The notes: generated by a model from the letters alone, not told the origin. Positions 25,613-33,432 are shown, counted from the stretch's first letter. The stretch: 64,000 nt of DNA from Oscillospiraceae bacterium (GCA_017516065.1 JAFWDQ010000024.1:2968-66967); one strand, 5' to 3'. Translations and numbers: made by a program.

Positions 25613-25681
25613 GGCAGCAGACTGCGAACTGGTCAAGCCTCCTTCGGAGAGAATACCACTGTCAAGGTCTGCTGTCTTTTT
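25613..25681 (+). terminator. long hairpin plus U-run: terminator of the two-component operon and/or body of a ~70-nt candidate sRNA
   Basis: GGCAGCAGAC (25613-25622) pairs with GTCTGCTGTC (25667-25676), followed by TTTTT. The 44-nt interior holds CUCC-UUC-GGAG and a duplicated GTCAAG. Confidence 0.55.
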
Positions 25682-25826
25682 GCTTCCGGGGCGATGTGGA
25701 CGGAATGAGAGACGCATTTGCGGAGCTTTTGCCACCCGGAGAGAAAAATGTGATTTCACTCTATCCTTTTTCGCTCGGATTTGGTATAATAAATTGATAT
25801 GGAGGTAAAGGGAGGAGCGGTGCGCT

Positions 25827-26690
25827 TTGGAGAGCCGGGAGAACAGGCGGAATACGGTGCTGCTGCACCTGTCGGTAATGCTGTTCGGCCTGAGCGGCGT
25901 GCTGGGCCGGTACATCACGGTATCGGCGCTGGTCATCACCTGGGGCCGGGTGGTCTGCTCCGCCGTCGTTTTGCTGCTGCTTCTGCTGCTGCGGCGGCAG
26001 AGTCTGCGGCTGGAACGGAAGCTGGACTGGCTCCTGCTCATTGTCGCCGGCGCCGTGCAGGCCGTCCACTGGGTCACCTTCTTCCATTCCATCCAGATCT
26101 CCTCCGTGGCCATCGGCACCATCACTTTCTCCACCTTCCCCCTGTTCCTGCTGTTTCTGGAGCCTCTGGTGTTCCACGTCCGCTTCCGGCCGCGGAATCT
26201 GCTCTTCGCGGCGCTGCTGCTCCTGGGCGTGTTCATCACGATCCCGGAGTTCAGTCTGGCCAATCAGGTCACCCTGGGCATCGTCTTCGGCATGATCTGC
26301 AGCCTGCTCTATGCGGTGCTGGTGCTGTTCAACCGGGACCTGTCCCGGCGGTATCCCTCAGGAAAGGTCTGCTTCTTCGAGCAGGCCGCGGCGGCCATCA
26401 TTCTGCTGCCGGCGGCCCTGCTGTCCCATCCCGCGGCGGGGCCCCGGGACATCGTGTGCATCATCCTGATCGGCGTGGTCTGCACCGCGCTGGCCTTCAG
26501 TATGTTCGTGGCGGCACAGCGCACCGTCAGCACCCAGACCGCCGGCATCGTGTCCGGTCTGGAGACGGTGTACGGCATCGTCTTCGCCCTGCTGCTGCTT
26601 CGGGCCGTCCCCACCGCCCGGGAGATCATCGGCGGCGTCATCATTCTGGCCACCGCCATGCTGGCGACCTGGAAATCCGGCGAATCGTGA
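25827..26690 (+). CDS. EamA/DMT-family transporter
   Basis: 10 predicted TM helices in two EamA-like halves. TTG start 11 nt after GGAGG; TGgTATAAT at about 25780-25790. Confidence 0.8.
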   Translation: MESRENRRNTVLLHLSVMLFGLSGVLGRYITVSALVITWGRVVCSAVVLLLLLLLRRQSLRLERKLDWLLLIVAGAVQAVHWVTFFHSIQISSVAIGTITFSTFPLFLLFLEPLVFHVRFRPRNLLFAALLLLGVFITIPEFSLANQVTLGIVFGMICSLLYAVLVLFNRDLSRRYPSGKVCFFEQAAAAIILLPAALLSHPAAGPRDIVCIILIGVVCTALAFSMFVAAQRTVSTQTAGIVSGLETVYGIVFALLLLRAVPTAREIIGGVIILATAMLATWKSGES

Positions 26691-26750
26691 CCGAAACGCC
26701 GTTCTTCTGCGTTATGTAATAATTTCATCATATAAAAAGGAGAGACTACC

Positions 26751-27560
26751 ATGCTTGGTGCAATCATCGGCGACATCGTCGGCAGCCCCTATGAGTTCGG
26801 CAGCCGCAAGAAAATGAACTTCCCCCTGTTCAGCTCCGTGTCCGCCTTTACGGACGACACAGTGCTGACTCTTGCCGTGGCGGAGGCGATCATGGACGGC
26901 CAGGGCGACCGGGCCAAAACGGAGCAGTGCGTCATCGACTCCATGCGCAAATACGGCAATATGTACCCCGACGCCGGCTACGGAGATAAGTTCGAGCAGT
27001 GGCTCCAGTCCGACGATCCCAGGCCCTACCACAGCTGCGGCAACGGCTCCGCCATGCGGGTGTCCTCCGTGGCGTGGGCCTTTGATACCCTCGACGAGGT
27101 GGAGAGCTTTGCCGGCATCACCGCCGACGTGACCCACAATCATCCCGAGGGCATCTGGGGCGCTCAGGCCGCCGCCGCCGCCGTGTTCCTGGCCCGGATC
27201 GGCCGGGACAAGGAGGGGATCCGGAAATATATCGAGATGAACTACGGCTATGATCTCCAGCGGACCTGCGACCAGATCCGCCCGGACTATCACTTCCACG
27301 ACGACTGCATGCAGACCGTGCCGGAGGCCATCATCTGCTTTTTGGACAGCACGGACTATGAAAACTGCATCCGGCTGGCCATCTCTCTGGGCGGCGACGG
27401 CGACACGCTGGCCGCCATCGCCGGCAGCATTGCCGAGGCCTTCTACGGCGGCGTCCCCGACGAGCTGAAAGAAAAGGCCCTGTCGATCCTCCCGGAGCCC
27501 CTGCGGCAGGTCTATGACCGCTGGGAGGCCTGGCTGGCGGCCCGGAAGTCCGCCACCTGA
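26751..27560 (+). CDS. ADP-ribosylglycohydrolase family protein
   Basis: MLGAIIGDIVGSPYEF..., FTDDTVLTLAVAEA, GNGSAMRVSSVAWA and GGDGDTLAAIAGSIAEAFYG are ARH/DraG family motifs. Confidence 0.85.
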   Translation: MLGAIIGDIVGSPYEFGSRKKMNFPLFSSVSAFTDDTVLTLAVAEAIMDGQGDRAKTEQCVIDSMRKYGNMYPDAGYGDKFEQWLQSDDPRPYHSCGNGSAMRVSSVAWAFDTLDEVESFAGITADVTHNHPEGIWGAQAAAAAVFLARIGRDKEGIRKYIEMNYGYDLQRTCDQIRPDYHFHDDCMQTVPEAIICFLDSTDYENCIRLAISLGGDGDTLAAIAGSIAEAFYGGVPDELKEKALSILPEPLRQVYDRWEAWLAARKSAT

Positions 27561-27607
27561 GGGGCAGGCACAGCGCAGGATAAATGACAAGGCTGAGGCG
27601 AATGGAT

Positions 27608-28180
27608 ATGAAACGAGCACCTCTGCGGCTCTTTGCCGCCCTCCTGCTCCTGTTGACAATGCTGCTGGCGGTCACCGGCTGCGGCTCCGACCCGCGCTAC
27701 GACGGCAATGAGCCCTCCGACGGCTGGGCCGAGGTCGTCCCCGGCGATGCCGGAGATGCGGAAGGCCCGTCTGACGGCGAAAGCACTGTCCCGGACGCCG
27801 GTGCGCCGGAGATCGTGCCGGCGGCGGAGCTGGACCCCGACGGCGTCTATGACTCCAGGGACGCGGTGGCCCTGTACCTGCATCTGTACGGGAAACTGCC
27901 CCAGAACTACATCACAAAGGCCGAGGCCCAGGATCTGGGCTGGTCCGGCGGCTCTCTGGAGCCCTATGCCCCGGGCATGTGCATCGGCGGCAGCCGGTTC
28001 GGCAACTATGAGGGTCTGCTCCCCGACGCGGAGGGCCGGACCTGGAAGGAATGCGATATCGACACCCTGGGTGCGGACAGTCGGGGGCCGAAGCGACTGG
28101 TATACTCCAACGACGGTCTGATCTACTACACCGACGACCACTACGCCTCCTTTGAGCTGCTCTACAGTCCGTCGGACTGA
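27608..28180 (+). CDS. secreted lipoprotein ribonuclease, barnase (N1/T1 microbial RNase) family
   Basis: Signal peptide with lipobox LLAVTGC. The C-terminal domain aligns with barnase: YITKAEAQDLGW / GGSRFGNYEGLLP / GRTWKECDI / RGPKRLVYS / IYYTDDHYASF. Equivalents of K27, E73, R83, R87 and H102 are present. The ORF-track start at 27584 is an alternative. Confidence 0.85.
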   Translation: MKRAPLRLFAALLLLLTMLLAVTGCGSDPRYDGNEPSDGWAEVVPGDAGDAEGPSDGESTVPDAGAPEIVPAAELDPDGVYDSRDAVALYLHLYGKLPQNYITKAEAQDLGWSGGSLEPYAPGMCIGGSRFGNYEGLLPDAEGRTWKECDIDTLGADSRGPKRLVYSNDGLIYYTDDHYASFELLYSPSD

Positions 28181-28222
28181 TCGGATGCGTACGGATAACT
28201 TACTGTCCCGGGAGGGAACGCT

Positions 28223-29530
28223 GTGAAACTGAACGCCCTGCTCAAGGCGGCAGCGCCTGCGCTGCTGCTGTATCTGCTGCTGGCCCTCCTGGGCACGATC
28301 CCCCTGGTCTGCGCCGGGCGGCTCTGCGGCGCCGAGGCTCTGGTGGTCACCGGCACCGCCGGCGCCTGCATGATCTTCGCCGCCGCCATCCTGGCCGGTC
28401 TGGCCCAGAATATGGCCGCCGCCATCTGGCGGCCGCTGCAGCGAAATGATCTGACTGCCGCCGGCAAGGCCGCCGGACTGGCGGTGCGGCGCATCGCCGT
28501 GGCCGCCGTGATCCTGGTGGTGATACTGGAGCTTGCGGCCCAGATCGTGCCTATGCTGTTCTTCGTGCCCTACGGGGTATACCGCCAGACCATCGTCTTT
28601 CTCCGCATCGGCCTGATCGGCACGCTGTTCTTCGGCGGGCTGTGCATCGTTTACAGCCTTCTCCGGGGCGCCGACCTGCGCCGCGGCCTGCTGTGGACGG
28701 CGGGGCTCCCCGCCGTGGCGGCGGAGCTGATCCTCTGCCCCGTGCTGGCCCCGCGGATGGGCGTGACGGGCCTCGCCGTGGCTCAGGCTGTCGCCATGCT
28801 GGCGGCGCTGGCGGCGGCTCTGCTGCTGCTCCGGCGGCAGACGCTGCCCTTCACCCGCCTTCCCACCACAAAAGAGGAGCGGGGCGAGCTGGTCATCGGC
28901 GGCAGGATGGGCATCGTACAGAACGCTCTGGTGACCGGTTCTTTCCTCGTCGTCAACGGCGCAGCCAACCATCTGGGCACGGCCTGCGGCGCGGGCTATG
29001 CCGCTGCCACGGGTCTGCTGGTGTGGCTGCTGATCCTGCCGGCGGGCCTCCAGGCCGGGACCCGGACGCTGACCCGGGAGGACCCGGACAGCCGGGGCGC
29101 CGTGCTGGCCCGGTCTCTCGTGCCCGGCGCGGTCATCGGCGTCGTGCTGCTGCTGGTATTCCTCATGGGCCGTACGGGACTGATGGGACTGTTCTGCCCC
29201 GACAGCGACGTGATCTTTCAGGGCGCCGCCTATCTCCAGGGCTGCGCCGTATACGCCCTGCCGGCCTGTCTGCTGGCCTGCTTCAGCGGCTCCTTCGGAG
29301 GCACCGGCCAGCAGTATCTGGTGCGCTTCCAGACCATCTTCTCGGCTCTGGTGTTCCGCATCTCCTTCTCTCTGCTCCTGCCCCGGACCATGGATATCCC
29401 CATGGCGGGTCTGGGCTACGCCACCCCCATCGCCGCCTGCTACGGTCTGCTGTTCTCCGCCGTCTGCTTCTTTGTTCTGGCCCGGTTCCGCCGGAGGCGG
29501 CCGGGCGATGAGGGCGCTTCCCCGGAATAA
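28223..29530 (+). CDS. MATE/MOP-superfamily efflux transporter
   Basis: 435 aa, about 12 TM helices. GTG start after GGAGGGA. Family assigned from the overall pattern only. Confidence 0.65.
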   Translation: MKLNALLKAAAPALLLYLLLALLGTIPLVCAGRLCGAEALVVTGTAGACMIFAAAILAGLAQNMAAAIWRPLQRNDLTAAGKAAGLAVRRIAVAAVILVVILELAAQIVPMLFFVPYGVYRQTIVFLRIGLIGTLFFGGLCIVYSLLRGADLRRGLLWTAGLPAVAAELILCPVLAPRMGVTGLAVAQAVAMLAALAAALLLLRRQTLPFTRLPTTKEERGELVIGGRMGIVQNALVTGSFLVVNGAANHLGTACGAGYAAATGLLVWLLILPAGLQAGTRTLTREDPDSRGAVLARSLVPGAVIGVVLLLVFLMGRTGLMGLFCPDSDVIFQGAAYLQGCAVYALPACLLACFSGSFGGTGQQYLVRFQTIFSALVFRISFSLLLPRTMDIPMAGLGYATPIAACYGLLFSAVCFFVLARFRRRRPGDEGASPE

Positions 29531-29575
29531 ACAACGGCACATTCGTGTCAGAATAACAACAAGGAGGCAATCACT

Positions 29576-29887
29576 ATGCTGTTGGTCAACACGGACTATA
29601 TCACCGGAAAAACCTTTGAGATGCTGGGCCTGGTCAAGGGCAGCACCATCCAGGCCAAGCACATCGGCAAGGATATTGCCCAGGGCTTCAAAAGCATGGC
29701 CGGCGGAGAACTGAGGATGTACGGCGAGATGATGACTGAGGCCCGTTCCATCGCCACGGAACGGATGATCCAAGAGGCGGAGAACCTCGGCGCCGACGCC
29801 GTGGTCAACGTGCGGTACACCACCTCGTCCATCATGCAGAACGCCGCCGAGGTCGTTGCCTATGGCACCGCCGTCAAATTTGTATAG
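29576..29887 (+). CDS. YbjQ (UPF0145) family protein
   Basis: MLLVNTDYITGKTFEMLGLVKGSTIQAKHIGKDI...GADAVVNVRYTTS is typical of YbjQ_1. Confidence 0.85.
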   Translation: MLLVNTDYITGKTFEMLGLVKGSTIQAKHIGKDIAQGFKSMAGGELRMYGEMMTEARSIATERMIQEAENLGADAVVNVRYTTSSIMQNAAEVVAYGTAVKFV

Positions 29888-29896
29888 GGATTAAAC

Positions 29897-29946
29897 AGAA
29901 AAAAAGGCCGGACAGGCAAACCGTCTGTCCGGCCTTTTTCTGTTTT
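29897..29946. terminator. bidirectional intrinsic terminator
   Basis: A-run, GGCCGGACAG (29906-29915), loop, CTGTCCGGCC (29925-29934), T-run. Lies between the convergent YbjQ and CPBP genes. Confidence 0.8.
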
Positions 29947-29953
29947 TGAAGAG

Positions 29954-30781
29954 CTATGCCGCCCTGCGCCATTTCCGGTCCCAGACCTCCAGGACCTCTT
30001 TCCTCTTCTCCGGACGGATCAGCCAGATACCGATGGCTCCCACCACGACGCAAAGGGCCAGGTCCACCCAGTCGTTCCAGGTGACGGAACCGACCATGAC
30101 CCCGTCGCTGATGTCAGAGATATTGCAGAAGGCGACGATGTCCACCACCGTGTGCATGATGACGGGCGGCCAGAGGCTGCCGCTGCGCAGATACACGGCT
30201 CCCAGGAAGAAGCCGAGGCACGCCGCCGACACGATCTGGGTCAGTGTATTTTCCACCGACGCGCCGGCGAAGACGTTGGTGCCGTGGATGACGCCGAAGA
30301 CCACAGCGCTGAAGATCAGCGCCGGAATCAGCCGCTTCTCCTCCCGCCACTGGCGCATCAGGCTGCCCAGCAGCAGGCCCCGGAAGCACATCTCCTCTCC
30401 AAAGCCGGCCACAAGGGCCAGACAGATATCGTCAACGCCGGGAACGCCGTACTCCGCAGAGGTGAACAGGGCTGTAACCAGAGTGGTGATCAGAAGGTAG
30501 GCGAGTATCACGATCCCCAGCCGGATACCCATCAGGGGCCTGCCGCCGATGAGATTGCCCTCAAACTCCGGACGGAAGCGGCGCCGGTAAAACCAGAGGA
30601 TCAGGAAAAAACCAACCAGCAGGCCAATGGGACCGGTGCTGGGATAACCGGGCAGATACTTCTGGAACGGCGCGTTGATCACCCCCATGAGGATCATGAG
30701 GATCAGCCACCCCACAAGAGCGATCACAAGGGCCGCCAGAATGGGGATCTTCTCCAGAAAACGGTGGTGTCTTTTCTCCAT
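29954..30781 (-). CDS. CPBP-family intramembrane glutamic endopeptidase (CAAX protease-like)
   Basis: FGEEMCFRGLL motif, later FGVIHG and MHTVVD histidine motifs, and multiple TM helices. Confidence 0.8.
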   Translation of the reverse strand: MEKRHHRFLEKIPILAALVIALVGWLILMILMGVINAPFQKYLPGYPSTGPIGLLVGFFLILWFYRRRFRPEFEGNLIGGRPLMGIRLGIVILAYLLITTLVTALFTSAEYGVPGVDDICLALVAGFGEEMCFRGLLLGSLMRQWREEKRLIPALIFSAVVFGVIHGTNVFAGASVENTLTQIVSAACLGFFLGAVYLRSGSLWPPVIMHTVVDIVAFCNISDISDGVMVGSVTWNDWVDLALCVVVGAIGIWLIRPEKRKEVLEVWDRKWRRAA

Positions 30782-30804
30782 TGGTATCTCTCCTCAACAG
30801 CATT

Positions 30805-31608
30805 TTACAGGTCGTCAGCCGGCGCCCCGTCGGGGTCGACAAACAGCTCGCAGACGGAATAGAGGGCCGCCTTTCCCGCGATAAAGAGCCGCTGTCCGTC
30901 CCGGCGGCAGTACAGGGTGCCGCCCCGGGCGGAGGCCTGATACGCCGTCAGCCGGTCTTTGCCCAGCCGGTCCGCCCAGTACGGGATGATGTGGCAGTGG
31001 CCGGAGCCGCAGACCGGATCCTCGATAATCGCCAGCTTCGGCGCGAAGCTGCGGGACACGCAGTCGGTCTCCCGGCCCCGGGCGGTGACGTGGACAAGGA
31101 GCCCGTCGAGCGCCTTCATTTTCTCCTGATCCGGCGTCAGCCGCCGCACTGTCTCCTCGTCGTCCAGAACACAGAGCAGGTCCCGGGCGGCCCATGCCTC
31201 CGCGGGTCGTACGCCCAGGGCGTCCTCCATGGCGTCGGTGACCTCTGCGGGCCGAAGCTCGTAGGCGGGCAGCTCCATCTCATACAGCTCACCCTGCCGG
31301 TCCACGATCAACTCCCCGGACAGAGTGGAAAACACCACCCGGGAGGCGCTCTTCTCATAGAAGTTCAGCACCACAAAGGCCGTGGCCAGGGTGGCATGGC
31401 CGCACAGGTCGATCTCCCCGCCGGGGGTGAACCAGCGCAGGCGGTACGCTTCCCCCTCCCTGACGGTGAAGGCGGTCTCGGAAAAATTGTTCTCCCGGGT
31501 GATGTTCATCATCAGCGCCTCCGGCAGCCACGCGTCCAGCACACAGACCGCCGCCTGGTTGCCGTGGAAGACCGCATCGGTAAAGGCGTCAACAACGTAT
31601 TGTCTCAT
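30805..31608 (-). CDS. PhzF-family isomerase-like protein
   Basis: MRQYVVDAFTDAVFHGNQAAVCV...ENNFSETAF...DLCGHATLA. Start is preceded by GGAGGGGGG. The ORF-track start at 31683 is rejected. Confidence 0.85.
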   Translation of the reverse strand: MRQYVVDAFTDAVFHGNQAAVCVLDAWLPEALMMNITRENNFSETAFTVREGEAYRLRWFTPGGEIDLCGHATLATAFVVLNFYEKSASRVVFSTLSGELIVDRQGELYEMELPAYELRPAEVTDAMEDALGVRPAEAWAARDLLCVLDDEETVRRLTPDQEKMKALDGLLVHVTARGRETDCVSRSFAPKLAIIEDPVCGSGHCHIIPYWADRLGKDRLTAYQASARGGTLYCRRDGQRLFIAGKAALYSVCELFVDPDGAPADDL

Positions 31609-31740
31609 AGTTTCCCCCCTCCGCCGGAGGATCCGGCCGTTTTTCTCTGCCCTATTATAGAGCAGGTCCCTGCCGAAAAGCAACCATTTTCGGGCCGGGG
31701 CGCGGCAGGGATCGCCGTGTCCGGTCCCGGAAAAAGCAAA

Positions 31741-31780
31741 AAAAGAAAAAGCCCTGAAGCCGAGTGCTTCAGGGCTTTTT
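31741..31780 (-). terminator. intrinsic terminator of the tRNA operon
   Basis: GCCCTGAAG-N7-CTTCAGGGC (31751-75), followed on the minus strand by a U-run. Confidence 0.8.
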
Positions 31781-31783
31781 CTC

Positions 31784-31859
31784 TGGTGACCCAGCGGGGA
31801 TTCGAACCCCGGACACCCTGCTTAAAAGGCAGGTGCTCTGCCAACTGAGCTACTGGGTC
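31784..31859 (-). tRNA. tRNA-Lys (anticodon UUU), CCA encoded
   Basis: Reverse complement GACCCAGTAGCTCAGTTGGCAGAGCACCTGCCTTTTAAGCAGGGTGTCCGGGGTTCGAATCCCCGCTGGGTCACCA folds as a cloverleaf. Anticodon loop CTTTTAA. Confidence 0.93.
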
Positions 31860-31864
31860 ATAAT

Positions 31865-31941
31865 TGGCAGGGATGGCAGGACTTGAACCTGCGAATGCGG
31901 GAGTCAAAGTCCCGTGCCTTGACCAACTTGGCTACATCCCC
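31865..31941 (-). tRNA. tRNA-Gln (anticodon UUG), CCA encoded
   Basis: Reverse complement GGGGATGTAGCCAAGTTGGTCAAGGCACGGGACTTTGACTCCCGCATTCGCAGGTTCAAGTCCTGCCATCCCTGCCA. Anticodon stem CGGGA/TCCCG, loop CTTTGAC. G1-U72 wobble. Confidence 0.85.
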
Positions 31942-31963
31942 GCATGCAGTGTGACGATATTGG

Positions 31964-31993
31964 AAAAATCCGGAGCAAACGCTCCGGATTTTC
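31964..31993 (-). terminator. terminator-like hairpin inside the tRNA operon (between tRNA-His and tRNA-Gln)
   Basis: AAATCCGGAGC-AAAC-GCTCCGGATTT (31966-31991). On the minus strand the 11-bp stem runs into a U-run. Confidence 0.5.
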
Positions 31994-32006
31994 CCTTTTA
32001 CGTCGT

Positions 32007-32084
32007 TGGGGTGGGTAAAGGGACTCGAACCCTCGACACCCGGAACCACAATCCGGTGCTCTAACCAACTGAGCTATACCCACC
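32007..32084 (-). tRNA. tRNA-His (anticodon GUG) with encoded G-1 and CCA
   Basis: Reverse complement GGTGGGTATAGCTCAGTTGGTTAGAGCACCGGATTGTGGTTCCGGGTGTCGAGGGTTCGAGTCCCTTTACCCACCCCA. Anticodon loop TTGTGGT. Confidence 0.93.
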
Positions 32085-32109
32085 GTACAGAAGAGCCCTC
32101 AAAAAAAGG

Positions 32110-32186
32110 TGGCACGCCTGGAGGGACTCGAACCCCCGGCCCACTGCTTAGAAGGCAGTTGCTCTATCCGACTGAGCTACAGGCGC
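32110..32186 (-). tRNA. tRNA-Arg (anticodon UCU), CCA encoded
   Basis: Reverse complement GCGCCTGTAGCTCAGTCGGATAGAGCAACTGCCTTCTAAGCAGTGGGCCGGGGGTTCGAGTCCCTCCAGGCGTGCCA. Anticodon loop CTTCTAA. Confidence 0.93.
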
Positions 32187-32227
32187 ATATCTGGATGGAG
32201 AAAGGCCAGCCTGTGGGAAGCAAGTCA

Positions 32228-32301
32228 TGGAGCGGGCGATGGGAATCGAACCCACGTGGCCAGCTTGGAAGGCTGGAGTTCTACCATTGAACTACGCCCG
32301 C
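32228..32301 (-). tRNA. tRNA-Gly (anticodon UCC), CCA encoded
   Basis: Reverse complement GCGGGCGTAGTTCAATGGTAGAACTCCAGCCTTCCAAGCTGGCCACGTGGGTTCGATTCCCATCGCCCGCTCCA. Anticodon loop CTTCCAA. Confidence 0.93.
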
Positions 32302-32334
32302 GCGGCATTCACTCAACACGGAGCCAGCCCGATA

Positions 32335-32363
32335 ATATTAACACAATCATATCGGTCTGTCAA
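32335..32363 (-). promoter_or_regulatory. sigma-A promoter of the tRNA operon
   Basis: Minus strand: TTGACA (32358-63), 17 nt, TAATAT (32335-40), about 34 nt upstream of tRNA-Gly. Confidence 0.65.
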
Positions 32364-32472
32364 TCATTTTCCCAAATTTTCTTTCCGCCGCAACACCTCC
32401 GGCGGTGTTGACAGACCGCCCCGTCTGTGTTACCCTTTTCACCGACACAACGTCGGAAGGGAGGTCCGTCAT

Positions 32473-32991
32473 ATGTCACGCTTTATTGCCGATCACGTCT
32501 GTCCCCGGGCGGTGGACCTGTCCCCCGCTCTGCTGGCGGACCTGGGCGTCAGTCTGCTGATGGCGGACCTGGACAATACCCTGATCCCCTACACCATGTC
32601 CCTGCCCACCGACGAGCTCCATGCCTGGCGGGACAGTCTCGCCGACCACGGCGTTACCCTGTTCGTGACGTCCAACAACCGTCACCCGGATCGGGTGATC
32701 AATTTCTGCCGGGCGCTGGACGTGCCCTACATCACCCGCGCCCGCAAGCCCCGCCGGGAAGGCTTTGACAGGGTCCTGGATATCATGGGCGTGACCCCTG
32801 ACCGGGCCGTCATGATCGGAGACCAGATCTTCACCGACGTTCTGGGTGCCCATCGGGCCGGGATCCGGGCCGTGCTGGTGCGGCCCATCTCCCTGAAGCG
32901 CTATCCCCTGCGGGCCCTGCGCTACGTCCTGGAGGGTCCCTTCCGCCGCCGGTCCGCAGGCTGCACGCTGTCCCGCCCTGCGGCGCACTGA
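32473..32991 (+). CDS. YqeG-family HAD-IIIA phosphatase
   Basis: LLMADLDNTLIPY (DxD motif), VTSNN and MIGDQIFTDVLGAHRAGI. ATG at 32473 is preceded by GGGAGG. The upstream part of the ORF-track entry overlaps the tRNA genes and is rejected. Confidence 0.85.
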   Translation: MSRFIADHVCPRAVDLSPALLADLGVSLLMADLDNTLIPYTMSLPTDELHAWRDSLADHGVTLFVTSNNRHPDRVINFCRALDVPYITRARKPRREGFDRVLDIMGVTPDRAVMIGDQIFTDVLGAHRAGIRAVLVRPISLKRYPLRALRYVLEGPFRRRSAGCTLSRPAAH

Positions 32992-33172
32992 CGGCAAGTT
33001 ACATTTTGTTACAGAATGTTCACACTTTTTTCACACGGTGTTCCCATTTCCCCTTTATGATGGCACCATAGAGATACGGGTTCGTGTTCCCCCCCTCGCG
33101 AACCTTTCCTTCTCTGCCATAACAGGAAATCATACACACCTCTCTTTTGAACACCCCCTCGCATAACAGAAA

Positions 33173-33210
33173 GGTTCCGGTCCGCAGTCCTGCGGACCGG
33201 TTCTTTTTTT
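33173..33210 (+). terminator. strong intrinsic terminator 180 nt downstream of the yqeG-like gene
   Basis: CCGGTCCGCA-GTCC-TGCGGACCGG (33177-33200), then TTCTTTTTTT. Confidence 0.75.
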
Positions 33211-33385
33211 CAAATCAAACCCGCTTGCGCCGGGCTTTGATTTGAGAACGCTTCACTTCGCTTCCCGCACGCCCACGGGCACGCCGTGAGAAGTGTTTTT
33301 CCCCATGCGCATGTCATCGGAAAAAACGATCCCGCTTTATTCGCGGCGTGCGTGCCGCAAACTCCGCGGGGCTTTTCGCATAGAT
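33211..33385 (-). repeat. mosaic palindromic intergenic repeat, copy C (inverted orientation)
   Basis: The reverse complement of 33293-33332 is 37/40 identical to the U-hairpin of copy B. m1 lies inverted at 33340-33372. An m4-like hairpin, CAAATCAAACCC-N9-GGGCTTTGATTTG, lies at 33211-33244. Confidence 0.8.
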
Positions 33386-33432
33386 CGGAACTCTGGCGGT
33401 TACAATATCTGTAAGCTTTCAGAAAGGGCGGT

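Noticed and set aside
27512-29773. 753-aa minus-strand ORF. Similar long antisense ORFs occur at 41730-44297, 49935-51983, 56673-59219, 7910-9868 and 13867-15855.
   Set aside because: Each is the mirror frame of recognised genes (barnase/MATE, sigma/dusB/hemW, proA and the response regulator, DUF1015/ApgM, murA/murG, the PBP). All have arginine/glycine/proline-rich low-complexity translations and lack an RBS.
33030-33172. 47-codon basic ORF on the minus strand (MRGGVQKRGVYDFLLWQRRKGSRGGNTNPYLYGAIIKGKWEHRVKKV).
   Set aside because: No Shine-Dalgarno sequence and no upstream promoter. It would start inside a plus-strand terminator, and its composition is typical of the antisense of a CU-rich tract.
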